Assembly (NCBI RefSeq): GCF_013340305.1
Contig: NZ_BLVP01000008.1
Location: forward strand, 753,719-817,718
Length of the DNA: 64,000 nt
Reading direction: 5' to 3'
Source of the DNA: Desulfovibrio psychrotolerans
Lineage (GTDB): Bacteria > Desulfobacterota > Desulfovibrionia > Desulfovibrionales > Desulfovibrionaceae
The position numbers and the translations under genes are program-made. Shown here in pieces: positions 44,412-54,136 of this stretch. The notes under the pieces are model-generated. The model did not search any database. It was not told where the DNA came from and was given only the letters and a program-made list of their open reading frames with translations. Each line of letters opens with the position of its first letter. Position 1 is the stretch's first letter.

Positions 44412-46748
44412 GTGCTTTCGCTGATTATTCTTATTGCCATCATCGTGGCAGCCCTTGTGCTGTTCATCGGCGGCTGGATAGCCGTAGACCTTGTGGGGCT
44501 GCTCGTGCTCTCCGCCCTTGCTCTCACCGGGCTTGTCACCACCAACGAGGCTCTGGCGGGGTTCAGCAGTTCTGCGGTTATAACGGTGCTGGCCCTGTTT
44601 ATTATCTCTGCCGGGCTTTCCCGCACGGGCATAGCCTACCGGCTGGGGCAGCCCCTGCAACGTTTTGCCCAAAGCCCGGAATGGCTGCTGGTGACCGTGC
44701 TCATGGCTACGGCGAGCATTCTTTCCGCGCTCATAAATACCACCACTGTTGCCATCATTCTGCTGCCTACGGTTATGGATCTTGCCCGCCGCAGCGGCAG
44801 GTCTCCTTCCCGCCTTCTGCTGCCCATGGCGTTGGGCTGCCTTTTGGGCGGGCCGTTTACAGGAATTTCCACCCCGCCCAACATGATGATCATTGATGCA
44901 CTGAAGAGTGCCGGGTTCGCCCCCTTTGGGATATTCGACTTTACGCCCATAACCGGTGTCATAGTCCTGTGCGGCATCGCCTTTGTGGTGCTGGGCGGTT
45001 CACGTCTGCTGCCCAGCCGGGACGCGCTTGCCAAGAACCGCAAAGCCAATGCCGTGGAATCGTCCTACCAGTTGGATACGCACATTTTTTCCCTTTCCAT
45101 CCGTCCGGATTCACCCCTTGCCGGGCGAACGCTGGGTGAGACGCGCCTTGGCTCCGCCCTCAACCTTACAGTGCTGGCCCTGCGGAGAGAAGGCGAAATG
45201 CGTCTTGCCCCCGGCCCTTCCGATGCCGTACGGGGCGGCGACACCCTTATCGTGCATGGCTCGGTGGAACACTACCGGCGTCTGTACGGCAGCCAGCATC
45301 TGCGCACGGAAAACGGCAACGGGGCGACTGTGCATGTGCTGAAAAAGTTTTGCACGGCGCGCGGTGTGGTTACGGAAAAATCTCCGCTGCTGGGCGTCTC
45401 GCTTGCGCAGAGCTCCCTGCGCCGTGAACAGCGTGTGCACGTCTTGTCACTGCATGCGGGAGACAGGAAAGAGCAGGGCGATCTGCTGCATCATCCCATG
45501 GAGCAGGGAGATGTCCTGTTTCTCATGGGCGAGAGGGAGTCGCTGGAAAAGTTGGAGCAACTGGGCATGCTGGGTGGGTTGGAGATTGTGGAATGCGCCC
45601 CGGAAAAGGTGTGCCCCGATGCCTCGTTCATGTCCGTGCGCGTGCCGGAAGGCTCCGTGCTGGTGGGTCGTACCCTGGCGGAAACCCGCCTTGGCAATGC
45701 ATTTGCCCTTACCGTGGTGGGCATTGAACGCAGCGGAGAGGCGCGCATGATGCCCGCTCCCGATGAGGTGGTGCAGGCAGAGGATATCCTTCTCCTGCAC
45801 GGACTGGACCGTGACCTTGCGGTGTTGCAGGGGTTGCAGGAACTTGTTTTCTCCGAAACGCCTCCCGGCATCGTGGCCGAACTGGAATCGCAGCAGGTGT
45901 GCGCTACCGAGGTGCTGCTTTCGCCCCGCACCAACTTGAGCGGTAAAACGCTGGCCGACCTGCGCTTCCGTGAGCATTACGGATTGAACGTGCTGGCCAT
46001 ATGGAGCGGCGGACGTGCCCGCAGAACCGGTTTGCAGGAACAGCCGTTGCAGTTCGGAGACGGAATGCTTGTATACGGCCCGCGTAAAAACCTTGCCGCT
46101 GTTGCGCGCGACAGAGACTTCCTTGTGCTGGACCAGTCCGCCGCGCAGGCTCCCCTGCTGGAAAAGGCTCCCGTGGCGGCGGTCATAATGCTGGGGGTCA
46201 TCCTCAGCGCCATTCTGGGGCTGGTGCCCATTTCCATTGCTGCGCTCACCGGAGCCGCCCTCATGGTGCTGGTGGGGTGCCTGAGCATGGAAGAGGCGTA
46301 CCGCTCCGTGGAGTGGAAGGTCATTTTCCTCATCGCCACACTGCTTCCGCTCGGGGTGGCTTTTGAGCGCACGGGCGCGGCGCAGATGGGGGCAGAGGCG
46401 CTCATCGTCCTTGTGGGTGATATGGGGCCGCGGTGGGTTGTGGCAGCGCTTTTTCTGGTCACCGTGCTGGGCACGCAGGTCATTCCCACCGCCGCTCTGG
46501 TGGTGCTCATGTCGCCTGTTGCGCTCAGCACGTCGGCCAACCTGAACATTTCGCCCCACCTGCTTATGATGACGGTGGCCATGGCGGCGTCTGCAAGCTT
46601 TGCCAGCCCCCTGTCGCATCCGGCCCATCTGCTGGTCATGGGGCCGGGGGGCTACCGCTTTATGGATTACGTGAAGATAGGCGTGCCCATAACCATCATC
46701 ACCATGCTGGTGTGCGTGTTTCTGCTCCCTCTGTTTTGGCCTGCGTAA
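44412..46748 (+). CDS. SLC13/DASS-family anion permease with two internal TrkA-C (RCK_C) domains
   Basis: 778 aa. N-terminal and C-terminal multi-TM halves. Two cytoplasmic TrkA-C-like inserts (GRTLGETRLGSALNLTVLALRREGE and GRTLAETRLGNAFALTVVGIERSGE). Probable GTG start. Confidence 0.7.
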   Translation: MLSLIILIAIIVAALVLFIGGWIAVDLVGLLVLSALALTGLVTTNEALAGFSSSAVITVLALFIISAGLSRTGIAYRLGQPLQRFAQSPEWLLVTVLMATASILSALINTTTVAIILLPTVMDLARRSGRSPSRLLLPMALGCLLGGPFTGISTPPNMMIIDALKSAGFAPFGIFDFTPITGVIVLCGIAFVVLGGSRLLPSRDALAKNRKANAVESSYQLDTHIFSLSIRPDSPLAGRTLGETRLGSALNLTVLALRREGEMRLAPGPSDAVRGGDTLIVHGSVEHYRRLYGSQHLRTENGNGATVHVLKKFCTARGVVTEKSPLLGVSLAQSSLRREQRVHVLSLHAGDRKEQGDLLHHPMEQGDVLFLMGERESLEKLEQLGMLGGLEIVECAPEKVCPDASFMSVRVPEGSVLVGRTLAETRLGNAFALTVVGIERSGEARMMPAPDEVVQAEDILLLHGLDRDLAVLQGLQELVFSETPPGIVAELESQQVCATEVLLSPRTNLSGKTLADLRFREHYGLNVLAIWSGGRARRTGLQEQPLQFGDGMLVYGPRKNLAAVARDRDFLVLDQSAAQAPLLEKAPVAAVIMLGVILSAILGLVPISIAALTGAALMVLVGCLSMEEAYRSVEWKVIFLIATLLPLGVAFERTGAAQMGAEALIVLVGDMGPRWVVAALFLVTVLGTQVIPTAALVVLMSPVALSTSANLNISPHLLMMTVAMAASASFASPLSHPAHLLVMGPGGYRFMDYVKIGVPITIITMLVCVFLLPLFWPA

Positions 46749-47026
46749 GCATGGCCCCTGCCGGCTGACATGCTGAGTACATCTTTCCGGGGCAGGCGGC
46801 GGTATGGTTCACCCATTCAGCCGTATCCGTCAGCATGTTATGGACAAGATGTTCAAGCCCGTCCTCACCACAAAGAGCGCGGGCGAGGGATCCGGTCCGG
46901 GGCTGACCATTTCTTTAGGCATTGCAGGGAATATGGGCGGACACCTGCCGGTGAACAGCAAGGCAGGCAAGGGCATAACCTTCTCGGTTCTGCTTACTCT
47001 GTGGCGGGTGGCCTACTGTGCGCGGG

Positions 47027-48325
47027 CTACTGATACTTGCTGCGTATGGCAAGGATGACGTCGTGTATCTGCAGGAACGCTTCCGTCACTTCCGGGTCAA
47101 AATGCGTGCCGGTGTCCTTTTTGATAATGTCCAGCACCTTATCTTCCGGGAATGGCTCTTTGTATGAGCGGGGGGAAGCCAGCGCGTCATACACGTCCGC
47201 CAGTGCGCATATGCGGGCGGCGAGGGGGATTTCTTCCCCGTTTTTGGAGGCGGTGCCAAGATGCGGATCACCCTCGAACAGGGCGTCCACAAATCCGGGG
47301 TAGCCGCCACCACTCCATTTTTCGTGATGGTTCAGGGCTATGTCGCGGCACATGGCGTCCAGATCCGAGGTGGAGTTTTCGAACAGGCGGGCACCGTATA
47401 CGGTGTGCAGCTTTATGATATCAAACTCCTCCCCGGTGAGCTTGCCGGGTTTTTTAAGAATGGAGTCCGATATGCCTACCTTGCCCACATCATGCAGCAT
47501 GGCGGCAAGGCGCAACAGGTCTTTGGTGCGCTTCAGTTCCTTCACCGGAACCCCCTTGTTCAGGGCGTAGCGGTGGTAAATTTCCGCGCAGTAGGCTCCC
47601 ACACGCTGAACATGTGCGCCTGTCTCCGTAGGGTCACGCAGTTCCGCCATTTTCATCATGCGCAGGATGAGTTCGCGGGTCATTATGCCTCGTTCTATGG
47701 CAATGGCGGTGTTGTTGGCGAAAAGGGGAATATATGTCTGCGCGGTGCGGTCAAAGGGCACGGAACGTCCTGCGGTGTCCTTGGCATTAATTATCTGCAT
47801 CACGCCCACAAGTTTACCCTGCGCTATCTTCAGCGGAATGGTGAGTATGGATGTGGTCTTGTAGCCCGTTGCCTTGTCGTAGGAGGGGTTGAACTTGAAC
47901 GGAAGCGAAGGGTCCAGCGTATAGGCATCATCAATAATGAGCGTTTCGCCGGAAAGGGCGGAATAGCCTACAATGGAGGCTTCCGTAATGGGAACGGCAA
48001 AGTTGGAATAGACCGCCGCGTTGGTGGCGTCTTTGGCAAATAGGGTGTCGTTGTGCACATAGCTGAAGCGCAGCCTGCCATCCTCCACCAGAAAAATGGA
48101 GCCTGCATCCGCGTTGGCAAGGGCGCGCACCTCTGTGAGGGTGCGGTCCAGAATCGTGTCCACGTCCTTCAGCTGGTTCAACTCGTCGCTGACCCGCAAA
48201 AAGCTGCATATCATGGCTTCCGCATCGGAAGGCGCGTGCCGCCCGGCAGAATCCAGCCCGGTACATCCAGCCCCGGACGATACAGGGAATGTGTTATTGC
48301 GGATGTCGTTGTTCTTGTCTGACAT
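47027..48325 (-). CDS. GAF-domain HD-GYP phosphodiesterase (c-di-GMP hydrolysis family)
   Basis: 432 aa. Central GAF. HD motif (LAAMLHDVGKVGI). GYP-type motif (HHEKWSGGGYPGF). Confidence 0.75.
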   Translation of the reverse strand: MSDKNNDIRNNTFPVSSGAGCTGLDSAGRHAPSDAEAMICSFLRVSDELNQLKDVDTILDRTLTEVRALANADAGSIFLVEDGRLRFSYVHNDTLFAKDATNAAVYSNFAVPITEASIVGYSALSGETLIIDDAYTLDPSLPFKFNPSYDKATGYKTTSILTIPLKIAQGKLVGVMQIINAKDTAGRSVPFDRTAQTYIPLFANNTAIAIERGIMTRELILRMMKMAELRDPTETGAHVQRVGAYCAEIYHRYALNKGVPVKELKRTKDLLRLAAMLHDVGKVGISDSILKKPGKLTGEEFDIIKLHTVYGARLFENSTSDLDAMCRDIALNHHEKWSGGGYPGFVDALFEGDPHLGTASKNGEEIPLAARICALADVYDALASPRSYKEPFPEDKVLDIIKKDTGTHFDPEVTEAFLQIHDVILAIRSKYQ

Positions 48326-48539
48326 GGAGTCAGCCTCCGGAGTTAAAAACCGAGCGGGCTTGCGTGCCTGTGCCGCATCTATATCCCTTTCTGCCTGTTC
48401 ATGGCGGCTTACGGCGCGGCTTTCCGTCCATGCTAGCCCGGACGCGGCACTGCATTACACGAGAGTACACGGTAGCCCATATGCCGCTCCCATGGCAACA
48501 GGACGGAAGGAAAAAAGGCGTGATATCGTTTGTATTCCT

Positions 48540-49376
48540 CTACGCTTCTCCCACAAAAAGCGGCCTGCGCGGCATGGGCCTTCCGGCGGTGTGAAACGCC
48601 TTTTCCAGCAGAATGCGTATGGCCTGCTGCCCCGCCTCGCCCAGCTCCATGCTGAAGTCGTTCACAAAGGTGGCTATGTGGCGGTCAATAACCGCGTCGT
48701 CCATTTCCTGCGCATGGCTTTTTATATATCCCCGTGCTTCCTCAGGGTGCTGCCGCACAAAGGCCAGACTGCGGCGGATGGCATGTTCCAGCGCAAAGGC
48801 TGCCTCCTCTCCTGCGTCTCTGCGCACGGCAATGGCCCCCAGCGGAATGGGCAGGCCGGTTGTGTCTTCCCACCAGCGCCCCAGATCGAAAAGCTGTTCC
48901 AGCCCGTACCGCCCGTAGGTGAATCGTCCCTCGTGGATGACCAGCCCCGCCGCCACATCGCCCCGCGCCACGGCGGGCATAATCTCGTCAAACACCATCT
49001 CCACCCGCTCTCCCTTGTGCACGCCATGCAGCGAGAGCAGCAGGTTGGCGGTGGTCATGCTGCCGGGAATGGCAATGCGCTCGTTGACAATGGAAGAAAC
49101 GCAGCGGTTTTCCCGCGCCACCAGCAGCGGTCCGCAGCCGAACCCCAGCGCGCCGCCTGCCCGCAGAAGGATGTATTCGTCCATCGCGTCCACCATGGCG
49201 GCAACAGAAAGCTTGGTGGCTGCAATATCGCCCCGGCGTGCCCGTGCGTTCAGCTGTTCCACGTCCGCCATGAACATGCTCACGGGAAAGGGCAGGTCCA
49301 CGCGCCCGTTGGCAAGGGCGTAAAAAATGAATGTATCGTTGGGGCAGGGGGATATGCCCAGTTCAAAGCGTTGCAT
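48540..49376 (-). CDS. mqnD: 1,4-dihydroxy-6-naphthoate synthase (futalosine pathway)
   Basis: 278 aa. N-terminus LGISPCPNDTFIFYAL characteristic of MqnD (PF02621 family). Divergently arranged from the mqn radical-SAM genes. Confidence 0.7.
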   Translation of the reverse strand: MQRFELGISPCPNDTFIFYALANGRVDLPFPVSMFMADVEQLNARARRGDIAATKLSVAAMVDAMDEYILLRAGGALGFGCGPLLVARENRCVSSIVNERIAIPGSMTTANLLLSLHGVHKGERVEMVFDEIMPAVARGDVAAGLVIHEGRFTYGRYGLEQLFDLGRWWEDTTGLPIPLGAIAVRRDAGEEAAFALEHAIRRSLAFVRQHPEEARGYIKSHAQEMDDAVIDRHIATFVNDFSMELGEAGQQAIRILLEKAFHTAGRPMPRRPLFVGEA

Positions 49377-49536
49377 CGTATGTGTCCTGCATGCCGCCGG
49401 AAAAGGCGGACGGCGTGCCTAAAGGTTGACATGACGGGGCACTGAGCCGATACTCACCAGCCGGACGGCGCAGCCCCCACCCGCATCTTTCGCGGGTTTC
49501 AGCCGGGCGGTGCCGTCAAACAGCGGAGGATAAACC

Positions 49537-50712
49537 ATGCTTACAGCCGACCACTATTCCCGGCTGGGATTGGCAGGCATATACGACAAGGTTCTGGCGG
49601 GCGAACGGCTCACGCTGGAAGATGGGGCGCGGCTGTTCGCCTGTCCGGACGTGAACGCCGTGGGCGCACTGGCGCACCATGTGCGAACCCGCCTGACCGG
49701 GGACAAAGCCTATTACGTTCTGAACAGGCACGTCAATTACACAAACATCTGCGTGAACGGCTGCCTTTTCTGCGCCTTCCAGAAGGAGCGTGCGGAACAG
49801 GCAGGGGCCTTTGCCCTCAGCGCGGATGAGATTGTGCAGAAAATATCCGACCACGGCGGCATGCCCTTCAATGAAATGCACATTGTGGGCGGCTGCCATC
49901 CCGCCTTGCCGCTTTCTTTTTTTGAAGGTGTCATCCGGCGTGTGAAGGGGGCATTTCCCGCCATAACGGTCAAAGCCTTCACCGCCGTGGAAATTGCGCA
50001 TTTCGCAAAGCTGGAAGGCTGCACCACTCTGGAGGTGCTCACCCGCCTGAAAGAAGCGGGACTGCGTATGATGCCCGGCGGCGGTGCGGAAATCTTCGCC
50101 CCGCAGGTACGCGAGCGCATATGCCCCCGCAAATCCGATGCGCAGGAGTGGCTGCGGGTGCACGGAGAGGCGCACTCCCTCGGGTTGCAGACAAACTGCA
50201 CCATGCTTTTCGGCCATATAGAATCCGTGGAAGACAGGCTGGACCATCTGGACAGGCTCCGGCGGCAGCAGGATATCTCCGGCGGCTTCACCTGCTGCAT
50301 TCCCCTGCCGTTCCTTACCGAAAACAGCCTGCTCAAGCTTCCGGTAGAACGCCTCGGCGAGCACACGGGACTGGACAGGCTTAAGACCATTGCCCTGTGC
50401 CGCCTCATGCTGGACAACATTCCGCACATAAAGGCCTACTGGGTCATGCTGGGTATGAAGATGGCGCAGGCGGCGCTGTATTTCGGCGCGGACGATCTGG
50501 ACGGCACCATCGTGGAAGAAAAGATCGGTCACGATGCCGGTGCGCAGTCGGAGCAGTCCATGACCATTCCGGGGCTGCATGAAATGATCACCCGTTCCGG
50601 GTTTACCCCTGTCCGCCGCGATGCGTTCTACAATCCCGTGAACGTCAATCTCACGGGTGCCGACCCCGCAGCCGTCAACTGCGGGGCAGACCGCAAGGGA
50701 GGTGCCGCATAA
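49537..50712 (+). CDS. Radical SAM enzyme of the MqnC/MqnE family (futalosine pathway). Assignment between aminofutalosine synthase and cyclic dehypoxanthinyl-futalosine synthase not resolved.
   Basis: 391 aa. CxxxCxxC (CVNGCLFCAF) preceded by NRHVNYTNIC. CofH/MqnC-like C-terminal region. Confidence 0.7.
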   Translation: MLTADHYSRLGLAGIYDKVLAGERLTLEDGARLFACPDVNAVGALAHHVRTRLTGDKAYYVLNRHVNYTNICVNGCLFCAFQKERAEQAGAFALSADEIVQKISDHGGMPFNEMHIVGGCHPALPLSFFEGVIRRVKGAFPAITVKAFTAVEIAHFAKLEGCTTLEVLTRLKEAGLRMMPGGGAEIFAPQVRERICPRKSDAQEWLRVHGEAHSLGLQTNCTMLFGHIESVEDRLDHLDRLRRQQDISGGFTCCIPLPFLTENSLLKLPVERLGEHTGLDRLKTIALCRLMLDNIPHIKAYWVMLGMKMAQAALYFGADDLDGTIVEEKIGHDAGAQSEQSMTIPGLHEMITRSGFTPVRRDAFYNPVNVNLTGADPAAVNCGADRKGGAA

Positions 50713-51839
50713 TGTCCATGCTTTCCGGCAGTCCGTTTACCGAGCATCCCGCCGTGTCCGCCGTGGCGGAAAAGGTGCTGCGGCAGCAGCGTATCGATTT
50801 TGGCGAAGCCCGCGTGCTGTATGAGCAGGCAAGCCTGTTCACGCTGGCTTCACTGGCGCATAGCATCCGCATGCGCAGGCATCCCGGCAGCATCGTCACC
50901 TACGTTGCGGACAGGAACATAAACTATTCCAACATCTGTGTCTGCGCATGCCGTTTCTGCGCCTTCTACTGCCCGCCGGAAAAATCGGCGGAGCAGGGCG
51001 GCTACGTCATCACCCGCGAGGAGCTTGCGCGCAAGATAGAAGAAACCATCGCGCTGGGCGGCACCCAGATTCTCATGCAGGGTGGGCACCACCCGGACCT
51101 GCGGCTAGAATGGTACGAGGATATGATCCGCTGGATAAAGGAAACCTACCCCTCTATTCATGTGCACGCCTTTTCCCCGCCGGAGATCGTGTTCTTTGCG
51201 GAGCTGGAAGGCCTCATGGTCAAAGAGGTCATTGCCCGGCTGCGCGCGGCAGGGCTCGATTCCATCCCCGGCGGCGGGGCAGAGATCCTTGTGGACGAGG
51301 TGCGGGCCAAGGTTTCACCCAACAAGTGCAGCGCCTCACGTTGGCTGGATGTAATGGAAGAGGCGCACTATCAGGACCTGCGCACCACCGCCACCATGAT
51401 GTTCGGGCATGAGGAAACCCACCTGCACCGGCTGGAGCACCTGTTTGCCGTGCGCGAGGTGCAGGACCGCACGGGCGGGTTCACCGCCTTCATCCCGTGG
51501 ACCTTCCAGCCTGCCAACACCAACATCCGCGTATTGCCGGAACCAAGCCCCGGCTATCTGCGTGTTCTGGCCATGTCGCGCATCGTGCTGGATAATGTGG
51601 ATAACATTCAGGCCTCGTGGGTCACCATGGGGCCGCATATTGCGCAGCTTGCCCTGTTCTACGGTGCCAACGACTTCGGCTCGCTGATGATAGAAGAAAA
51701 CGTGGTGGCGGCAGCCGGAGTCTCTTTCCGGCTTTCGCGGCAAGAAATCCACAAGATCATCCGCGCCGCAGGATTCGAACCCCGGCAGCGCACTATGACC
51801 TATGAACTCGTAGACCCGCAGCCAGAGGTGCAGGCGTGA
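50712..51839 (+). CDS. Radical SAM enzyme of the MqnC/MqnE family (futalosine pathway), paralog of the previous gene
   Basis: 375 aa. CVCACRFCAF preceded by DRNINYSNIC. Start overlaps the previous stop. Confidence 0.7.
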   Translation: MSMLSGSPFTEHPAVSAVAEKVLRQQRIDFGEARVLYEQASLFTLASLAHSIRMRRHPGSIVTYVADRNINYSNICVCACRFCAFYCPPEKSAEQGGYVITREELARKIEETIALGGTQILMQGGHHPDLRLEWYEDMIRWIKETYPSIHVHAFSPPEIVFFAELEGLMVKEVIARLRAAGLDSIPGGGAEILVDEVRAKVSPNKCSASRWLDVMEEAHYQDLRTTATMMFGHEETHLHRLEHLFAVREVQDRTGGFTAFIPWTFQPANTNIRVLPEPSPGYLRVLAMSRIVLDNVDNIQASWVTMGPHIAQLALFYGANDFGSLMIEENVVAAAGVSFRLSRQEIHKIIRAAGFEPRQRTMTYELVDPQPEVQA

Positions 51840-52714
51840 GTCAGCGGCAACTGCGCATAGGGCGCATTCGGTATCTGAACGTGCTGCCCATCTATTACCC
51901 CATGGAAAGCGGGGTAATGGGTCGTGATTTCGAGATTGTCTACGGCACCCCCGCCGAGCTGAACGATATGATGGCGCGTGGCGAGCTGCACGCGTCTTCG
52001 GCCTCATCCATAGAATACGCCCGCAATGCCGATCAGTATTACCTGCTGCCGGATATCGCCATAGGCAGCTGCGGCCCGGTCATGAGTGTGCTGCTCATCA
52101 GCCGCAAGCCCATATGGGAGCTGGAGGGAGAAACCATCCTCTCCACGGCGCAGTCGCACACCTCCGCCGCGCTGCTGCGTATGCTCTTCCGTGACTACCT
52201 GAAGGTGGATGTCCGGTACGAGACAGGCTCGGTGACGGAGCGGTTGCAGGCGGGCGACCTGCCCACCGCCGCCCTGTGCATAGGGGACGAGGCACTGCAA
52301 TTGCGTTCGGACGGGCGTTTTCCCTACCGGCTGGACCTTGGCGAAGCGTGGCGGGAATGGACAGGCCTGCCCTTCATCTTCGGGGTATGGGTCATTTCCC
52401 GCAAGGCGGTGGCAGAGGGATGCTTCACGCGCGACCCCGCCACCCTGTTTGTCCGCGCCAAGGATTGGGGAACCGCCAATATGGAGCAGATGGTCTCCAT
52501 GGCGGCAGATACGGGCTACCTGAGCAAAGAAGACATGCGCACCTACTTCCGCGGGCTTGTCTACAACCTGCGCCGAAAGGAACAGGAAGGGCTTGTGTTG
52601 TTCATGCAGCGTCTGGCCGGAGCGGGAGAAATACCCGCTGTGCCGGACCTGGTGTTTTACGACCATGCCGCCATGGTGCCGCCCGAATGCCTGACGGAAC
52701 GGGATGACGATTAA
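51836..52714 (+). CDS. mqnA: Chorismate dehydratase (futalosine-pathway MqnA)
   Basis: 292 aa. N-terminal LRIGRIRYLNVLPIYY (MqnA signature; PF02621). Overlaps the upstream stop by 4 bp. Confidence 0.7.
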   Translation: MSQRQLRIGRIRYLNVLPIYYPMESGVMGRDFEIVYGTPAELNDMMARGELHASSASSIEYARNADQYYLLPDIAIGSCGPVMSVLLISRKPIWELEGETILSTAQSHTSAALLRMLFRDYLKVDVRYETGSVTERLQAGDLPTAALCIGDEALQLRSDGRFPYRLDLGEAWREWTGLPFIFGVWVISRKAVAEGCFTRDPATLFVRAKDWGTANMEQMVSMAADTGYLSKEDMRTYFRGLVYNLRRKEQEGLVLFMQRLAGAGEIPAVPDLVFYDHAAMVPPECLTERDDD

Positions 52715-52904
52715 CAGACAAGCGGCGTGCCATCACGTCGATTCAGATAGCTGGCAAACCGTGTCTTTTTGAAAAAACGGATTTCCGTAAAGCCGGGTCT
52801 GAAGTCAAGAAACGGATTTGCCTCGCTAATGCGGGGTGCAGGGGCCGCTTGGTCCCTGCCCGCCGGAGGCGAAAAAACTCAAAAAATTCTTTGTCATCAT
52901 GCTG

Positions 52905-52935
52905 AAGCGGCGTGTCATCACGCCGCTTTTTTTGC
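52905..52935 (+). terminator. Strong rho-independent terminator (10-bp perfect stem AAGCGGCGTG / CACGCCGCTT, loop TCAT, then TTTTTTT)
   Basis: Read directly in sequence. Lies ~190 bp downstream of mqnA and only ~1 nt before the AAGGAGG RBS of the next ORF. Confidence 0.7.
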
Positions 52936-52950
52936 AAAGGAGGCAGGGGC

Positions 52951-54027
52951 GTGCACATCTGCGGTTTCGACATGACCTCCGCCCCGGCGCGGCGCAAGCC
53001 CATTGTCTGTGCGCAATGCCGGTTCGATGGCACCGTGCTGCACCTGCAGGAACTCACCCGGCTGGAATCGGTTCAGGCCTTCGCAGAGCACCTTGCAGAG
53101 GCGTCGCGGCGTTGCCGGGACGGGGAGCCATGGGCGGCAGGGCTGGATTTCCCCTTCGGGCAACCGCTGGAATTTCTGCATGAAGCGGGCTGGCCCACGG
53201 AATGGAGCCACTATGTGCGCCACGCCGCAGGACTGAATGCCCAAGACTTCGCGCAGGTCATATACGCTGTAATGGCCAACCGTCCGGCAGGCAAAAAGCT
53301 TATCCGCAGGCTTACGGACCGTGCAGCCCACGCCGCCAGCCCCATGAGCCTTGCCTATGTGCCTGTGGCGCGCATGTTCCACGTGCTCGCGCCTGTTCTG
53401 GAAGCCGGCGGAGCAGATGTGGTACCCTTCCGCATGGGCAGCGGGGCGGCGTATCTGCCGCAGGCGGCAGGCGGCGGTCAGGGCATTCAGGCGCAGAGGG
53501 ATGATGCGGCGGCTCCGCAGGCCGTTCCTGTTCCGCAGCGTCCGGTACTGCTGGAAGCGTATCCGGCCCTTCTTGCACGGGCTGTTCTGGCTATGCACAA
53601 TGGTGAAGGGCAGCCCGCAGGGGGCGGCAGGCGCAAGGCTACAGCCGCAGCACCCTATAAAGATGGCCTGCCTGCACAGCGGGTACTGCGCCGCGCCAAC
53701 CGGGAAAGGCTGCTTCGTGATTTGCCGGAGTACACGCAACGGTGCTTAGGGATTACGTTGCGCATGCCGCAGGCGTTGTGTGAGGCAATGGTGCAGGATG
53801 CGCAGGCAGACGCTCTGGATGCCGTTCTCTGCGCCGTGCAGACGGCCCGCGCCTCCCGGCTGCCGGACTGGGGCTTTCCCGCTGCACACGATTGCGGCGA
53901 TACTTCTGTCTGCCGTGAGCATCTGGAACGCATGTGCCGTACTGAAGGCTGGATTGCGGGAACCGGCCTGTCTGGCCTGCCCGCCTTGTCCGGCTTGCCC
54001 GGCCTGCCCGAAAAATTCAGGGCATAA
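52951..54027 (+). CDS. Hypothetical protein (possibly DUF429-like), Ala/Gly/Arg-rich. GTG start with AAGGAGG RBS.
   Basis: AAGGAGG at 52936-52942, 8 nt before the GTG at 52951. 358 aa. No confident motif. C-terminal GLSGLPALSGLPGLP repeat. Confidence 0.4.
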   Translation: MHICGFDMTSAPARRKPIVCAQCRFDGTVLHLQELTRLESVQAFAEHLAEASRRCRDGEPWAAGLDFPFGQPLEFLHEAGWPTEWSHYVRHAAGLNAQDFAQVIYAVMANRPAGKKLIRRLTDRAAHAASPMSLAYVPVARMFHVLAPVLEAGGADVVPFRMGSGAAYLPQAAGGGQGIQAQRDDAAAPQAVPVPQRPVLLEAYPALLARAVLAMHNGEGQPAGGGRRKATAAAPYKDGLPAQRVLRRANRERLLRDLPEYTQRCLGITLRMPQALCEAMVQDAQADALDAVLCAVQTARASRLPDWGFPAAHDCGDTSVCREHLERMCRTEGWIAGTGLSGLPALSGLPGLPEKFRA

Positions 54028-54136
54028 CGTTCTGGTATAGTGCGAGGTATGCGTTTCTGTTGTGGAGATAGAAAGTCGGTCTGCCGAAGAAAAGCGTTGA
54101 CATATCGGGTCTGAATATGAAAGTCATTATCAAACA

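Noticed and set aside
49516-50580. 354-aa minus-strand ORF antisense to the first mqn radical-SAM gene
   Set aside because: The plus-strand frame carries the CxxxCxxC radical-SAM motif and MqnC/E-family conservation. The minus-strand ORF is compositionally biased and motif-free.
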